IMG/VR virus record: IMGVR_UViG_3300044959_000131
Span: 32,001 to 96,000 of that record
DNA length: 64,000 nucleotides
Strand: one strand, 5' to 3'
Source: a virus
Part shown: positions 1-8,761 of the stretch, piece after piece
Layout: each line of letters begins with the position of its first letter
Numbering within the stretch: the stretch's first letter is position 1
Notes under the pieces: model-generated
What the model was told of the DNA's origin: nothing
The model's database searches: none
The model's input: the letters and a program-made list of their open reading frames with translations, nothing else
Translations under genes and position numbers: made by a program

Positions 1-2
1 GA

Positions 3-182
3 TTCATCGTCGATGGTAGACCTGTCATCATCAAACTCATCAACAACCCGACCATCGACGACATCGTTGTTACCGAGGCCCGTGTCTACGCAACGTCCAT
101 CGAACGTGGGAACGTAGACACGAATCGTCGTGTATCAAGAGGCTTGAGAGATTTCCTCATCCGACTTGGAGTCGAAAGATGA
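3..182 (+). CDS. 3' end of an upstream gene (partial, hypothetical, probably virion structural)
   Basis: Open frame from base 3 (FIVDGRPVIIKLINNPTIDD...LGVER) ending at TGA 180-182, which overlaps the ATG of the next gene (ATGA coupling). Not in the ORF track because it has no start in the window. Confidence 0.75.
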   Translation, partial: FIVDGRPVIIKLINNPTIDDIVVTEARVYATSIERGNVDTNRRVSRGLRDFLIRLGVER

Positions 183-1522
183 TCGCCATCTCCGTCATTG
201 AGGACCGCTTCAGTGCAATTCAGAAAGACAAGTCGTTTTTCGAAGACATCTTCAATTGGTCGAAGAGTGCAGAAAGGACCGTACGTCGGCCGGTTCGTGG
301 AATCACATTGAAGGAAGACTCTTTTGCGACTCTTCGTGTCGTAACAGGTGGTAAAAAACACATCCTTCTTACAGATGCTGGAGGGAAGGAGGGCAGTCAA
401 GATCACCGTCAGACTCAGATCTACTCCAACTTCCTACTACAGCAAGTTAGCGAAGAGAGAATGGAGAAACAGCAAATTCTCGAGACATTCGGTGAGCCGT
501 ACATCTTCCTCTTTGGCGAAAGAGCAAGGGTCATGACGTTTGCCGGTGTTCTGCTGAACACCTTCGATTTCAATTGGGAGGCGGAGTGGTGGGAAAACTA
601 CGAAAAGTACCTTCGAGGAACGAGATGTATAGAGAATGACGCAAGAGTCTTCCTGTCATTCGACCAGACACTCGTCAGTGGATACATCATCGGTGCCAGC
701 TCATCGAAGAATACGCAGGAACCGAATCACGTGAACTTCCAGTTCACGATGTTTCTTACTGGATACACGAACTTTTCAGAAATCGGAAATGGAACGGCTG
801 TTCCTCTTCGATCTCGTGAGAGGGCTAAAAAGATCAACGGCCTACGTACTGACAAGGCACGAGAAATCGTCGATGCCGAATTCGCCGTACAGGGACCGAA
901 AGAGCTACAATCTGGACAAGTCATTACCGGACGAGTCGTTGATGGGAAGGTCCAGCCACAATCACTTGTGGAGGGTTTGACGGCTGGTATTTCTACTGTC
1001 GTTAATACATGGAACCGAGCTCAAGAACTTGTTAATAGTGTGGCACGACAACTCTCAAACGTAGCAAAGGGGGACATCTTACGTGTTCCATTTGGTTTTG
1101 CCGGAGTCATGGCGTATGACGCTGTTGACATTGTGAGAGATCCAATCGTCACATCTTACGGCGTCGTAAAGTACGGAGAGTTCAACGAGAACACGGACGA
1201 ATACATCGGGTCCTCATCCCACTATGGGAGCTCGACAATTACCAACCTCCTATCGTCCGATCAGATCCTACAATCAGCGACGAGAAATCAGGAGCTCGTG
1301 AACAGGGCAAAAGAGGCTTGGGAATCGGCTGGATTCAAGATGCCATCAGATGCGGAGGCTGAAGTTGCGAGCTTCATCATCAGAAACGGAGTTGGACTCA
1401 TACCAGTTGGAAACACGGCTGTATGGCAAGCGGCTGAGTTAGCGAACACCGGGCTCTCAGTTCTGAACGTGACACCTCAAACGGCGGCACGAGCTGTTTC
1501 ACCAGTTCCAATTCCTGGATAA
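179..1522 (+). CDS. Putative tail/baseplate structural protein (tail-tube-initiator-like N-terminal domain)
   Basis: 447-aa ORF coupled to the upstream stop. The segment QQVSEERMEKQQILETFGEPYIFLFGE...AGVLLN resembles tube-like baseplate proteins, and the gene lies immediately before the hub-like gene. Confidence 0.45.
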   Translation: MIAISVIEDRFSAIQKDKSFFEDIFNWSKSAERTVRRPVRGITLKEDSFATLRVVTGGKKHILLTDAGGKEGSQDHRQTQIYSNFLLQQVSEERMEKQQILETFGEPYIFLFGERARVMTFAGVLLNTFDFNWEAEWWENYEKYLRGTRCIENDARVFLSFDQTLVSGYIIGASSSKNTQEPNHVNFQFTMFLTGYTNFSEIGNGTAVPLRSRERAKKINGLRTDKAREIVDAEFAVQGPKELQSGQVITGRVVDGKVQPQSLVEGLTAGISTVVNTWNRAQELVNSVARQLSNVAKGDILRVPFGFAGVMAYDAVDIVRDPIVTSYGVVKYGEFNENTDEYIGSSSHYGSSTITNLLSSDQILQSATRNQELVNRAKEAWESAGFKMPSDAEAEVASFIIRNGVGLIPVGNTAVWQAAELANTGLSVLNVTPQTAARAVSPVPIPG

Positions 1523-1534
1523 GGAGTCGATGAC

Positions 1535-4500
1535 GTGGCTTCTGGAGTCGGTAGACCTTTAAAGCTGCGTCTTTTCCTGGAGGGCCAGGAAGTCCCAGTC
1601 ATTGCTGCGAACGTCAGCATTGGTGTTAACCAACCTGCTGCGGCTTCGATTCAAATCGTCCCTCTTGACTCCGGCATGGAATTCAAGCCGAGGACGATGG
1701 TCCATCTGTTCTACTTGGACAGCGTATCGCTGCTTGAAAAAGAGATACAGTCGGCCCGTGAGGTCGGTATAGACCCGAACGAAACCAATCTCAGGTACAA
1801 GCTTCTCTTCGCCGGAGAGATAATCGGATTCGCGTTCGCCCAGACACCCATATCCAGAAGTCTGGTGCTTCAGTGCTTGGACTTCTCAAGCTACTGGGAC
1901 TCATGCCATGCGACAGCAATAGAGTACGGGCCTGGTGGAAACGCATTCCACAATCTGTCGTCCGTCTATGCTTCGAACGCATCTCTTTTTGACGATATCG
2001 TCAATTTCCAATCAGAGAGATTGGTCTCGTGGCTCAGAACAAAACCAAAAACACCCGGTCTCCAGACCGTTTCGGGTCTAGCTGGAGGAATCATATCCAT
2101 CCTTGAAGCGATGGGAGGTGTCCCGAATCACTTCAAGGGCGTGAACGACTTCTTTACGTTTGCCGAACTTCGGTGCCGTCTACTCGCTCAAATTACCGCC
2201 GAAGAGAATGATAGCACGGCGAGCAATCTGATTTCAGTAAAAGTCTTTGATGAGTGGCTACGTAATGGCCTTCAGAATATTGGCCAGCAAGTCACATTCA
2301 GAGACATGATCAATCTACTCTGCAGGTACATCTACTACGACTTCGTACCGAATCCAGCAGCGAAGTATGATCGTAGCATCGATGGAACGACAGAGAAGAC
2401 GACAACAACATCGAATCTAAACCAGCACCCAGTTGTCCGTTCTGCCAAATCTGACCTTGAGAACATCAATATCAACGTTAGCGCAGCGTTGAGCTATGAC
2501 ACTGTAGATAATGCTGGTGCAATAGCGAATACAGCCCGTATTAACTCAGACGCTTTGGGCGCTGTAAACAACAAGCTGAGAACAGTTGGTCAAGCGGCAA
2601 AAGACATCATCTCCAGCATTGAGTCCGCTAAAATAAAGTTGCAGCTCCTAGCTAATGATATCGTTAAAGAAGGAAAGAGAGGAGCTGATCTGAAGACATC
2701 GTTACAAAAAGCTCTAGAGGACATCGGAGACGCGATACTCAAAATTGATGGAAGCACTACCAAGATAACATTCACATCTGGAGTTCGCTCTTCGGTAACG
2801 ACCTCCAGATTGCGATCTCAAATCTTCAGGCCTGATTGCTTCTTCGCTCCAGCTCCGCGTTGTAACGTCATCTTTCCGGAGCACTACGTCCACGTTGCAT
2901 TCGATAGGAATTACCTGTCGGAGGTGACACGCTCACTGACGATGGGATACCTCACTATTGTCGGTAAAGACCCACTCTTGGCCACTGACAAAGTGATGGC
3001 CCCGAACATCGGGCTCGATATGGAAAAAATTCAGAAGCAGACCGGAGCTTCTGGATATCGAATCCTCATGCCACATGAGAGGCATACGGGTATCATTCCA
3101 AGAACTGAATGGCTAGCAAATACGGCAACTTTCAATCACAGCACCGACAGCAACAAGTCTAAGTTACGTGGCGCCAGGTTGAGCTGGATGAACCGTGCCG
3201 CCCTGTTTCACTTCTTCAAGTACAGGTTCGGACCGAGGCGTGTCACTCTAGCTGGAAGGTTCAATCCGTATGTCGTCTGTGGATTCCCGGCTGTCATCAT
3301 CCTCAAACCATTCATCCCAGACGCCGCCAAGCTTCGAGAAGCCTTGAAGCTCAAGGAAGACGAGCCAATCGACGCGACGAGCAAGAAGGTCTTGAACGTT
3401 GTTCAGTCAAACGGAACAGCTGGTGTCTCTCTCGGAGCTCCGTTCCAGCTTATTGGAATGATAGGTAGCGTGACGCATTCTATCGATCAGCGTGGAGGGA
3501 CGACAAGCCTTTCGATGCACCACGTTCGTAGGCATCTTGGCTCAGACGACGAGTTCGTTGGCGTCTTCTCCGAGCAGCTTGAAAAAGCCAAGTCCCGCAT
3601 TCGTATACCTATAACGGCAGATGCCGCGTTCAATCAATCAAATGCAAGAGACCGAGACAGCCTGACGAAAGTTCTCGTCGGAGTCACCCCTCAGAACGGG
3701 GTCAAGACAACGGTCTCTTCGACGGTAAAAGGGAAGAATGAACGTTCAATCAGTTTTGTTAGGTACACTGTGGACCCTCAGTCCAAGAAGGTCGTCACAG
3801 AGGTTCTGACAAAGACAATCTCTCAAGGAAAAGAAACGACCAAGACAGTCCAAAGAGACCCAGTCAATCCACATGGCCGGATTGATGGTCTAAGCAGAGA
3901 AGTTCAGATTCCAGACCCTCCTGGATCGATTACGACTGGTTCGAAGGCGGTTTTTGGAGCGAGAGGGAAAGTTCTCGGTGTCGAGGTCGTAGATCCGACA
4001 CTTGTAACGGTTCCATCTGGTACTTTCAAAGGAAAGAAGGTCTTTCGGTCCGTCATCATTCATGAGGAAATTGAGGTAACCGTAAAGGACCTTGCTCCGG
4101 TAGAGGAGATCATTCGACCAACTTGGTTCTCTCCAAACTACGCAAACTCGAAGATCGGGCAGAACATCTACATGCCGTTCTTCGGAACGACCTCTATCAT
4201 CGACGAGCTGAAGTTTACAGGTCTTGTGCAGGGTGGATTGAATAACGTCGATGATGTCGAAGGAACCGTCTACGACCCGAATACGCCATTTGAGAAGATT
4301 CAGCAAGTAGAGATAGAAAAGCACAAGATCAGGACGCAGCTCTCCATAGAGAAGGCTGTCAACATACTTGCGTACTTTTACGGTCTGGTTCGGAGCGGCC
4401 GAAATGACATCGACCAATTCATCCGTGAGTACACCCAACGTCCGATCGCTACGATGATCGACATCTTTGGTACGCCAGACTTGGAAATCACGTACAATTC

Positions 4501-4744
4501 AAAGGGAGCCCCAACAATCACGAAGGGGAAGCCTGGATTCCACAGTCTTGCTGTAGATCGGCTGGCTATCGAGAAAGGTAACCTCGCAGGACTTTTGGAA
4601 GACCCAGACAAGCATCTACCCAGAATCAATGGGACTGGTAAAAAAGAGCCAATCTCTCCCGTGTACGACGTTCGAAAGGAGAAGCTTGAGATGGTCGACA
4701 AGTACGTACTTGAGCTCAAGAAGGGTCCAGGATTGCGTGGATAA
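1535..4744 (+). CDS. Baseplate hub protein (gp27/GpD/VgrG-like N-terminus) with long extensions
   Basis: GTG start with AAGGAG RBS. The N-terminal LFLEGQEVPVIAANVSIG...LFAGEIIGF...SLVLQCLDFSSYWD pattern is typical of hub/late-control-D proteins. Baseplate gene context. Confidence 0.6.
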   Translation: MASGVGRPLKLRLFLEGQEVPVIAANVSIGVNQPAAASIQIVPLDSGMEFKPRTMVHLFYLDSVSLLEKEIQSAREVGIDPNETNLRYKLLFAGEIIGFAFAQTPISRSLVLQCLDFSSYWDSCHATAIEYGPGGNAFHNLSSVYASNASLFDDIVNFQSERLVSWLRTKPKTPGLQTVSGLAGGIISILEAMGGVPNHFKGVNDFFTFAELRCRLLAQITAEENDSTASNLISVKVFDEWLRNGLQNIGQQVTFRDMINLLCRYIYYDFVPNPAAKYDRSIDGTTEKTTTTSNLNQHPVVRSAKSDLENININVSAALSYDTVDNAGAIANTARINSDALGAVNNKLRTVGQAAKDIISSIESAKIKLQLLANDIVKEGKRGADLKTSLQKALEDIGDAILKIDGSTTKITFTSGVRSSVTTSRLRSQIFRPDCFFAPAPRCNVIFPEHYVHVAFDRNYLSEVTRSLTMGYLTIVGKDPLLATDKVMAPNIGLDMEKIQKQTGASGYRILMPHERHTGIIPRTEWLANTATFNHSTDSNKSKLRGARLSWMNRAALFHFFKYRFGPRRVTLAGRFNPYVVCGFPAVIILKPFIPDAAKLREALKLKEDEPIDATSKKVLNVVQSNGTAGVSLGAPFQLIGMIGSVTHSIDQRGGTTSLSMHHVRRHLGSDDEFVGVFSEQLEKAKSRIRIPITADAAFNQSNARDRDSLTKVLVGVTPQNGVKTTVSSTVKGKNERSISFVRYTVDPQSKKVVTEVLTKTISQGKETTKTVQRDPVNPHGRIDGLSREVQIPDPPGSITTGSKAVFGARGKVLGVEVVDPTLVTVPSGTFKGKKVFRSVIIHEEIEVTVKDLAPVEEIIRPTWFSPNYANSKIGQNIYMPFFGTTSIIDELKFTGLVQGGLNNVDDVEGTVYDPNTPFEKIQQVEIEKHKIRTQLSIEKAVNILAYFYGLVRSGRNDIDQFIREYTQRPIATMIDIFGTPDLEITYNSKGAPTITKGKPGFHSLAVDRLAIEKGNLAGLLEDPDKHLPRINGTGKKEPISPVYDVRKEKLEMVDKYVLELKKGPGLRG

Positions 4745-4750
4745 GTGTCG

Positions 4751-4779
4751 TTGGCACGCGGATGAATAACGTGTACAGT
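4751..4779 (+). promoter_or_regulatory. sigma70-like promoter for the motif-protein/sigma operon
   Basis: TTGGCA (4751-56), 17-nt spacer, TACAGT (4774-79), in the 70-nt intergenic gap. AAGGAG RBS precedes ATG 4815. Confidence 0.55.
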
Positions 4780-4814
4780 TGTACCGCTGCTAAACTCTCA
4801 AAAAGGAGAAGGAA

Positions 4815-5138
4815 ATGGATTACTTCTCGGCAATGAAAGCTGGTTTCGAGGATGAGCTCTTAAGCATCTGCCGGATGACGAAGTATGCCGGATTTCTAAG
4901 ATCCGGTCGTCGCCCATTCAAGGCAACGACCCTCTTGCACAAGAGCATCCAACCGCCGAAACCCAAGCTTGCTACAATGGTAAAGCTCTCGTCTGAAGCG
5001 CCAAAGGGATTTCTGAGACGTCATGGGAAGTCGATTGGCCTTCTCGGCTTAGGAATGCTCGCCATGGACCAAGTACAGAAGGCCAAGAGAGATTGGGAAC
5101 TTGGACGTGCTATCAGGCTTCAACAACAGGGTTCGTAA
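4815..5138 (+). CDS. Small basic protein with GFEDELLSI...KYAG/KLSS motifs (candidate internal virion protein)
   Basis: Good RBS. N-terminal F-x-D-E-L motif shared with the ORFs at 5142, 53639 and 55107. Hydrophobic stretch IGLLGLGMLAM. Confidence 0.7.
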   Translation: MDYFSAMKAGFEDELLSICRMTKYAGFLRSGRRPFKATTLLHKSIQPPKPKLATMVKLSSEAPKGFLRRHGKSIGLLGLGMLAMDQVQKAKRDWELGRAIRLQQQGS

Positions 5139-5141
5139 TAC

Positions 5142-5624
5142 ATGGACTGGGAATCCATCATGAGTTCGTTCTCGGACGAACTCGAAAAGATCGCCTCTGA
5201 GTTAAAGAAAAAAAAGCCTCTTCATGAGAAAATTGTCGAAGTCGGTGCTCCTGTACTTGTAGGTTCTGGCGTCGGAAGGACTCTCAGCGAACTATCGTTC
5301 TCGAAGACTCATGGGGCCTCTCCAAGAAGGAAAACAATCGGCACCATTCTTGGTGCTCTTGGAGGTCTGGGATGGAATAGGCTTAAGGCCGAAAAGAAGC
5401 GTAGAAAGCGTTTAGAAAGACGTTTACGTGTATCGATGAAGCATCATCCGGTAGCGACTACAGCAGTGACTCCGCCTCAACCAACATCACAGATCAAGAC
5501 TGCTGCCGACCTGTTCAAATTCAAAGGAGTGGCCACGCCGAGATTCCTCAGCAAACCTGGAAAAAGCATTAGTAGCCAAGTACCAAAGATTGGGCGTCTA
5601 GGGACTCTTCCGAAGATGCCATAG
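5142..5624 (+). CDS. Small basic protein with FSDELEKIAS and KTAA motifs and Gly-rich hydrophobic segments (candidate internal virion protein)
   Basis: Tightly packed ORF. Contains SFSDELEKIASE, VLVGSGVG, IGTILGALGGLG and IKTAAD. Confidence 0.7.
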   Translation: MDWESIMSSFSDELEKIASELKKKKPLHEKIVEVGAPVLVGSGVGRTLSELSFSKTHGASPRRKTIGTILGALGGLGWNRLKAEKKRRKRLERRLRVSMKHHPVATTAVTPPQPTSQIKTAADLFKFKGVATPRFLSKPGKSISSQVPKIGRLGTLPKMP

Positions 5625-5632
5625 GAGAAACG

Positions 5633-6070
5633 ATGAGCAAGAATAAAGAAGCGGTTGGGAATCTTGGTGAGGAGGAGCTAAACTTCCTCAGGCTCGTTCG
5701 TCAATCGAGGCAGGATACTCGACGCGATGCCGACGCTCTATTCAAGACCGCACCACAAAACAGAGAGCGTGACATCAAGCTGATGAATAAGCTCTTTGTC
5801 CAAGCACCAGGCGCAATAACGATGGCCGACAACCTACTGAAGAATGCCTCGGCCGAGGAGTTCGAGAAGTTTGAGAAGATGAAGATTGCATATAACGTTT
5901 ATGCTTTCTTCGATGGTGGATTTCACTATTCACCAGCACAACGTCGTTACCCAGAACTCTTGAAAGTCGCAAAGAGCAGACCGGCAGTCGTAATGAAGAA
6001 AACTCCAGATCCAGAAACCAAAACTGGAAATACATCTGGAGGCAGGACTCTTTCCGGTGCTATCGACTAA
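5633..6070 (+). CDS. Hypothetical protein with KNAS / KIAY..YAFFD / KVAK motifs
   Basis: AGGAG RBS. KIAYNVYAFFD resembles KAASIYAFFD in ORF 53639. Confidence 0.7.
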   Translation: MSKNKEAVGNLGEEELNFLRLVRQSRQDTRRDADALFKTAPQNRERDIKLMNKLFVQAPGAITMADNLLKNASAEEFEKFEKMKIAYNVYAFFDGGFHYSPAQRRYPELLKVAKSRPAVVMKKTPDPETKTGNTSGGRTLSGAID

Positions 6071-6073
6071 GAA

Positions 6074-7039
6074 ATGCAACTTTCCTCCGACAGACTCGGA
6101 GCTCTCGAATGGGCGTTGCAGAAGCTTTCGGCTAAGAAAGCTGGAACAAAGAAGAATCAGCCTCCAATCGGCATCCCAAAGGCAGAAGTTCTAAAGCCAG
6201 CCGAGGTGACTTTCTTCCCAGCCAAGCCAAAGGCGCCGAAAGCTCCAGCAGCAGTTACTCCTCTAATTACTGCTGCACCATCGCCAATCGTTTCTACTTC
6301 GACGCCTGCTCAGAAGAAAAAAGAGCTCGGATCGAAGAAGAAGAGCGAGCTTGAGCTGTGGGAGAAGTGGAATAGCGGTGGACGGAAGCCACAAGACCTA
6401 GACCCTCTACTCAAGTCTCTGCAACCGCTCATTGAAAATCGAGCCCGAATCTACAAGAACAACGTCGAGATTCCAAACGCGGCGATAGACTTCGAGCACA
6501 AGAGACTCGCCGTCGAGGCCCTTCAGAAGTACGACCCTTCAAAAGGCGCTTCTCTTGGAACATGGGTCTCGAACTACTTGAAGAAGGCAAGTCGATTCAT
6601 TCAAACCAACCAGAACTTTGCTCGAATTACTGAGCCCATTGCCGCAAAGATCGGAAAGTTCAACGCAGCTCGTGCCGAACTTACAGAGCGCCTAGGATTC
6701 GAACCGGATGCGCAGACGTTGGCCGAGGAGACCGGGTTCTCATTGAAGGAGATCAAGCGTCTGACCAAAGAACAGAGGAAAGGACTTGTTTCATCAGGTA
6801 TTACAGGAACAGAAGTAAGCCCTGCCCATTTACTCTCCTCACGCGAACAGGAAGTCATACACCTTATCTACCACCAGCTCACTCCTGAAGAGAGAGTCGT
6901 TCACGAGTACACTTTTGGGTTGATGGGTAAGCCGGCTCTAAAGCCGGGACAAATTGCTAAACAGCTCAAGATGGACAGCTCGAAGGTGGCCAAGATTCGG
7001 ACCTCCATCTTCAACAAGATGAAGCCTTACTTGGAGTAG
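6074..7039 (+). CDS. Phage-encoded sigma70-family RNA polymerase sigma factor with a Pro/Ala/Lys-rich N-terminal extension
   Basis: Region 2 AVEALQKYDPSKGASLGTWV, region 3 ELTERLGFEPDAQTLAEETGFSLKEI, and region 4 LTPEERVVHEYTFGL...QIAKQLKMDSSKVAKIR match sigma70 architecture. Confidence 0.88.
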   Translation: MQLSSDRLGALEWALQKLSAKKAGTKKNQPPIGIPKAEVLKPAEVTFFPAKPKAPKAPAAVTPLITAAPSPIVSTSTPAQKKKELGSKKKSELELWEKWNSGGRKPQDLDPLLKSLQPLIENRARIYKNNVEIPNAAIDFEHKRLAVEALQKYDPSKGASLGTWVSNYLKKASRFIQTNQNFARITEPIAAKIGKFNAARAELTERLGFEPDAQTLAEETGFSLKEIKRLTKEQRKGLVSSGITGTEVSPAHLLSSREQEVIHLIYHQLTPEERVVHEYTFGLMGKPALKPGQIAKQLKMDSSKVAKIRTSIFNKMKPYLE

Positions 7040-7043
7040 CTCG

Positions 7044-7253
7044 ATGGCAGATAGACTATCGAGGCTCAAAGAGCTCGAAAATGCTGCCAAGGAATACATC
7101 AAGGCAGAGCGTAAGAGGGTAGAGAACGAGGTAAAGTCACTGCAGGACATTCTAGATGGCCGTACCGGTGGAGCTGGAATTCAGGCCATAAGCGTGAATA
7201 TCGTGGCGGCGGTCGCCAAAAAGGACCTTGAGGAGTATCTGAAGGGGAAGTAA
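7044..7253 (+). CDS. Hypothetical helical protein
   Basis: 69-aa ORF 4 nt after the sigma stop, within the operon. Confidence 0.65.
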   Translation: MADRLSRLKELENAAKEYIKAERKRVENEVKSLQDILDGRTGGAGIQAISVNIVAAVAKKDLEEYLKGK

Positions 7254-7257
7254 GTAA

Positions 7258-7551
7258 ATGGAAGACTTGGCTCAGCTCGTCATAAAAACGTACGGAATAG
7301 CTGGGCTCATAATGATTAGCCCGTTCATAGCTGTTGTGTTCCTCTGGAGACACTGTGTCTCTCAAGCTAAGGAACAGGCGGCTGAAATTTCACGTATCAA
7401 CGAACAGCGCGTGGCTGAGCTCAAGGCTACGACTGAAAAGCTCGTCGCGTTGATTAGTGAGCAAAGCGCCTTGAATAAAGAAACGAACATGGCTCTTGAG
7501 AGAGTCGGTGATGTACTGTTGCATCTTCCGAGTATCAACCAGAAGCGGTAG
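7258..7551 (+). CDS. Single-pass membrane protein with a C-terminal coiled coil (holin-like topology)
   Basis: N-terminal hydrophobic YGIAGLIMISPFIAVVFLW followed by a heptad-like charged helix. Confidence 0.55.
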   Translation: MEDLAQLVIKTYGIAGLIMISPFIAVVFLWRHCVSQAKEQAAEISRINEQRVAELKATTEKLVALISEQSALNKETNMALERVGDVLLHLPSINQKR

Positions 7552-7562
7552 CCGGAGGTTCC

Positions 7563-7790
7563 ATGTTATTTCGAAGGAAGAAGAGAATCGAGCCAGAAGA
7601 ACAGAAAGCTCTTGCTGAAACTTTTTCCGAGATCGGTGACGTGGAATCGCCGACTGGCGTATTCAAGATTGCAATGAACCGCTTAGACGATGCAATTAAG
7701 CAGAAGAAGAAAGTCATCGCCTCGGTAAGAGACATCACCAAAAAGCTTGCTGACAGTGTTCCTCAGACAACTAGCAAGGCGCGAACCTAA
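7563..7790 (+). CDS. Hypothetical small basic protein
   Basis: GGAGG RBS. 75 aa. Follows the membrane-protein gene. Confidence 0.6.
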   Translation: MLFRRKKRIEPEEQKALAETFSEIGDVESPTGVFKIAMNRLDDAIKQKKKVIASVRDITKKLADSVPQTTSKART

Positions 7791-7828
7791 TTTGATCCGT
7801 CTGTAACCTGTGACTGTAGAGAGACCAA

Positions 7829-8761
7829 ATGGTTGTCCAGTTCTCGATTTTGGTTGCGAATAATGACGACCTGATTGGTCTTGGCTACACGACCATCGAA
7901 ATTTGGCAGTCGGTTGACCATGGAAATTCCTACCAAGAAATTACTGCTCCGACTCCACAATCTGCATACGTGGATTCCTTACAGGCTCAGACGACATTTC
8001 AGATGGGAGGTCGTCTGTTAAAGGTCATCGTCAATGGTGGTTCTGAGCAATCAATACCGTTCAGCCATCTGACTCAACATTGGACCCCTCAGCAGGTTGT
8101 TGATCGAATAAACGAAGTTGTCCCTGGTCTCGCTTCACTCGCCTCTCCGAACGTCGTACGGTTATCGTCTCCAACGACTGGTAGAGCATCGAGTATCGGA
8201 GTTACGTACTGCGATGCTTACGACCTGTTCCCAACAGGTCTCTCCTCATATGGTCGAGACGCAAGGATTGCCCTCGTTCCAGGGACGACAATCTATCAAT
8301 ACTCAGACGTCGCTGGATCTACATCCGCTCGATACAAATGGCGATTTACGGCGAATGGATCCAATCCAAAGTCGAACTTCTCGCCATACGTTTTCGGATC
8401 CACAGCTCCGCTTGTAAACCCAGCGAATCTGTCTGTATGTCATGCCAAGTTTGTCGGCTTGGATGGAAAGCCAGTCAAGACGAAACTGGTCATTGTGAGT
8501 GAGCAGAATCCGTCGTCGACAGGCAACCTTATCGTAACTAGCACCGCGCCACTTCAACTCGAGTCAGACGATCTCGGATTCATCCAGTTCAGCTTGGTGC
8601 GTGGGACTCGAGTCAAGGTAGCTATTGAGGGTACTTCATTCGTTCGGGAATTCACTGTACCAGATGCCGCATCTTTCGATCTCCTTGCGGCGATGGCATC
8701 GGCTCCAGACCCATTTACGGTTCAGACGGTCCCACCGTTCCTTATTCGGAGGAGCGTCTAA
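7829..8761 (+). CDS. Virion structural protein (beta-rich)
   Basis: 310 aa, beta-strand-rich. Carries the VIVNGGSEQS...TPQQVVDRIN module also seen in other tail proteins of this window. Confidence 0.55.
   Translation: MVVQFSILVANNDDLIGLGYTTIEIWQSVDHGNSYQEITAPTPQSAYVDSLQAQTTFQMGGRLLKVIVNGGSEQSIPFSHLTQHWTPQQVVDRINEVVPGLASLASPNVVRLSSPTTGRASSIGVTYCDAYDLFPTGLSSYGRDARIALVPGTTIYQYSDVAGSTSARYKWRFTANGSNPKSNFSPYVFGSTAPLVNPANLSVCHAKFVGLDGKPVKTKLVIVSEQNPSSTGNLIVTSTAPLQLESDDLGFIQFSLVRGTRVKVAIEGTSFVREFTVPDAASFDLLAAMASAPDPFTVQTVPPFLIRRSV

Noticed and set aside
7792-7822. TTGATC as a -35 box upstream of ORF 7829
   Set aside because: No acceptable -10 hexamer at 16-18 nt spacing.
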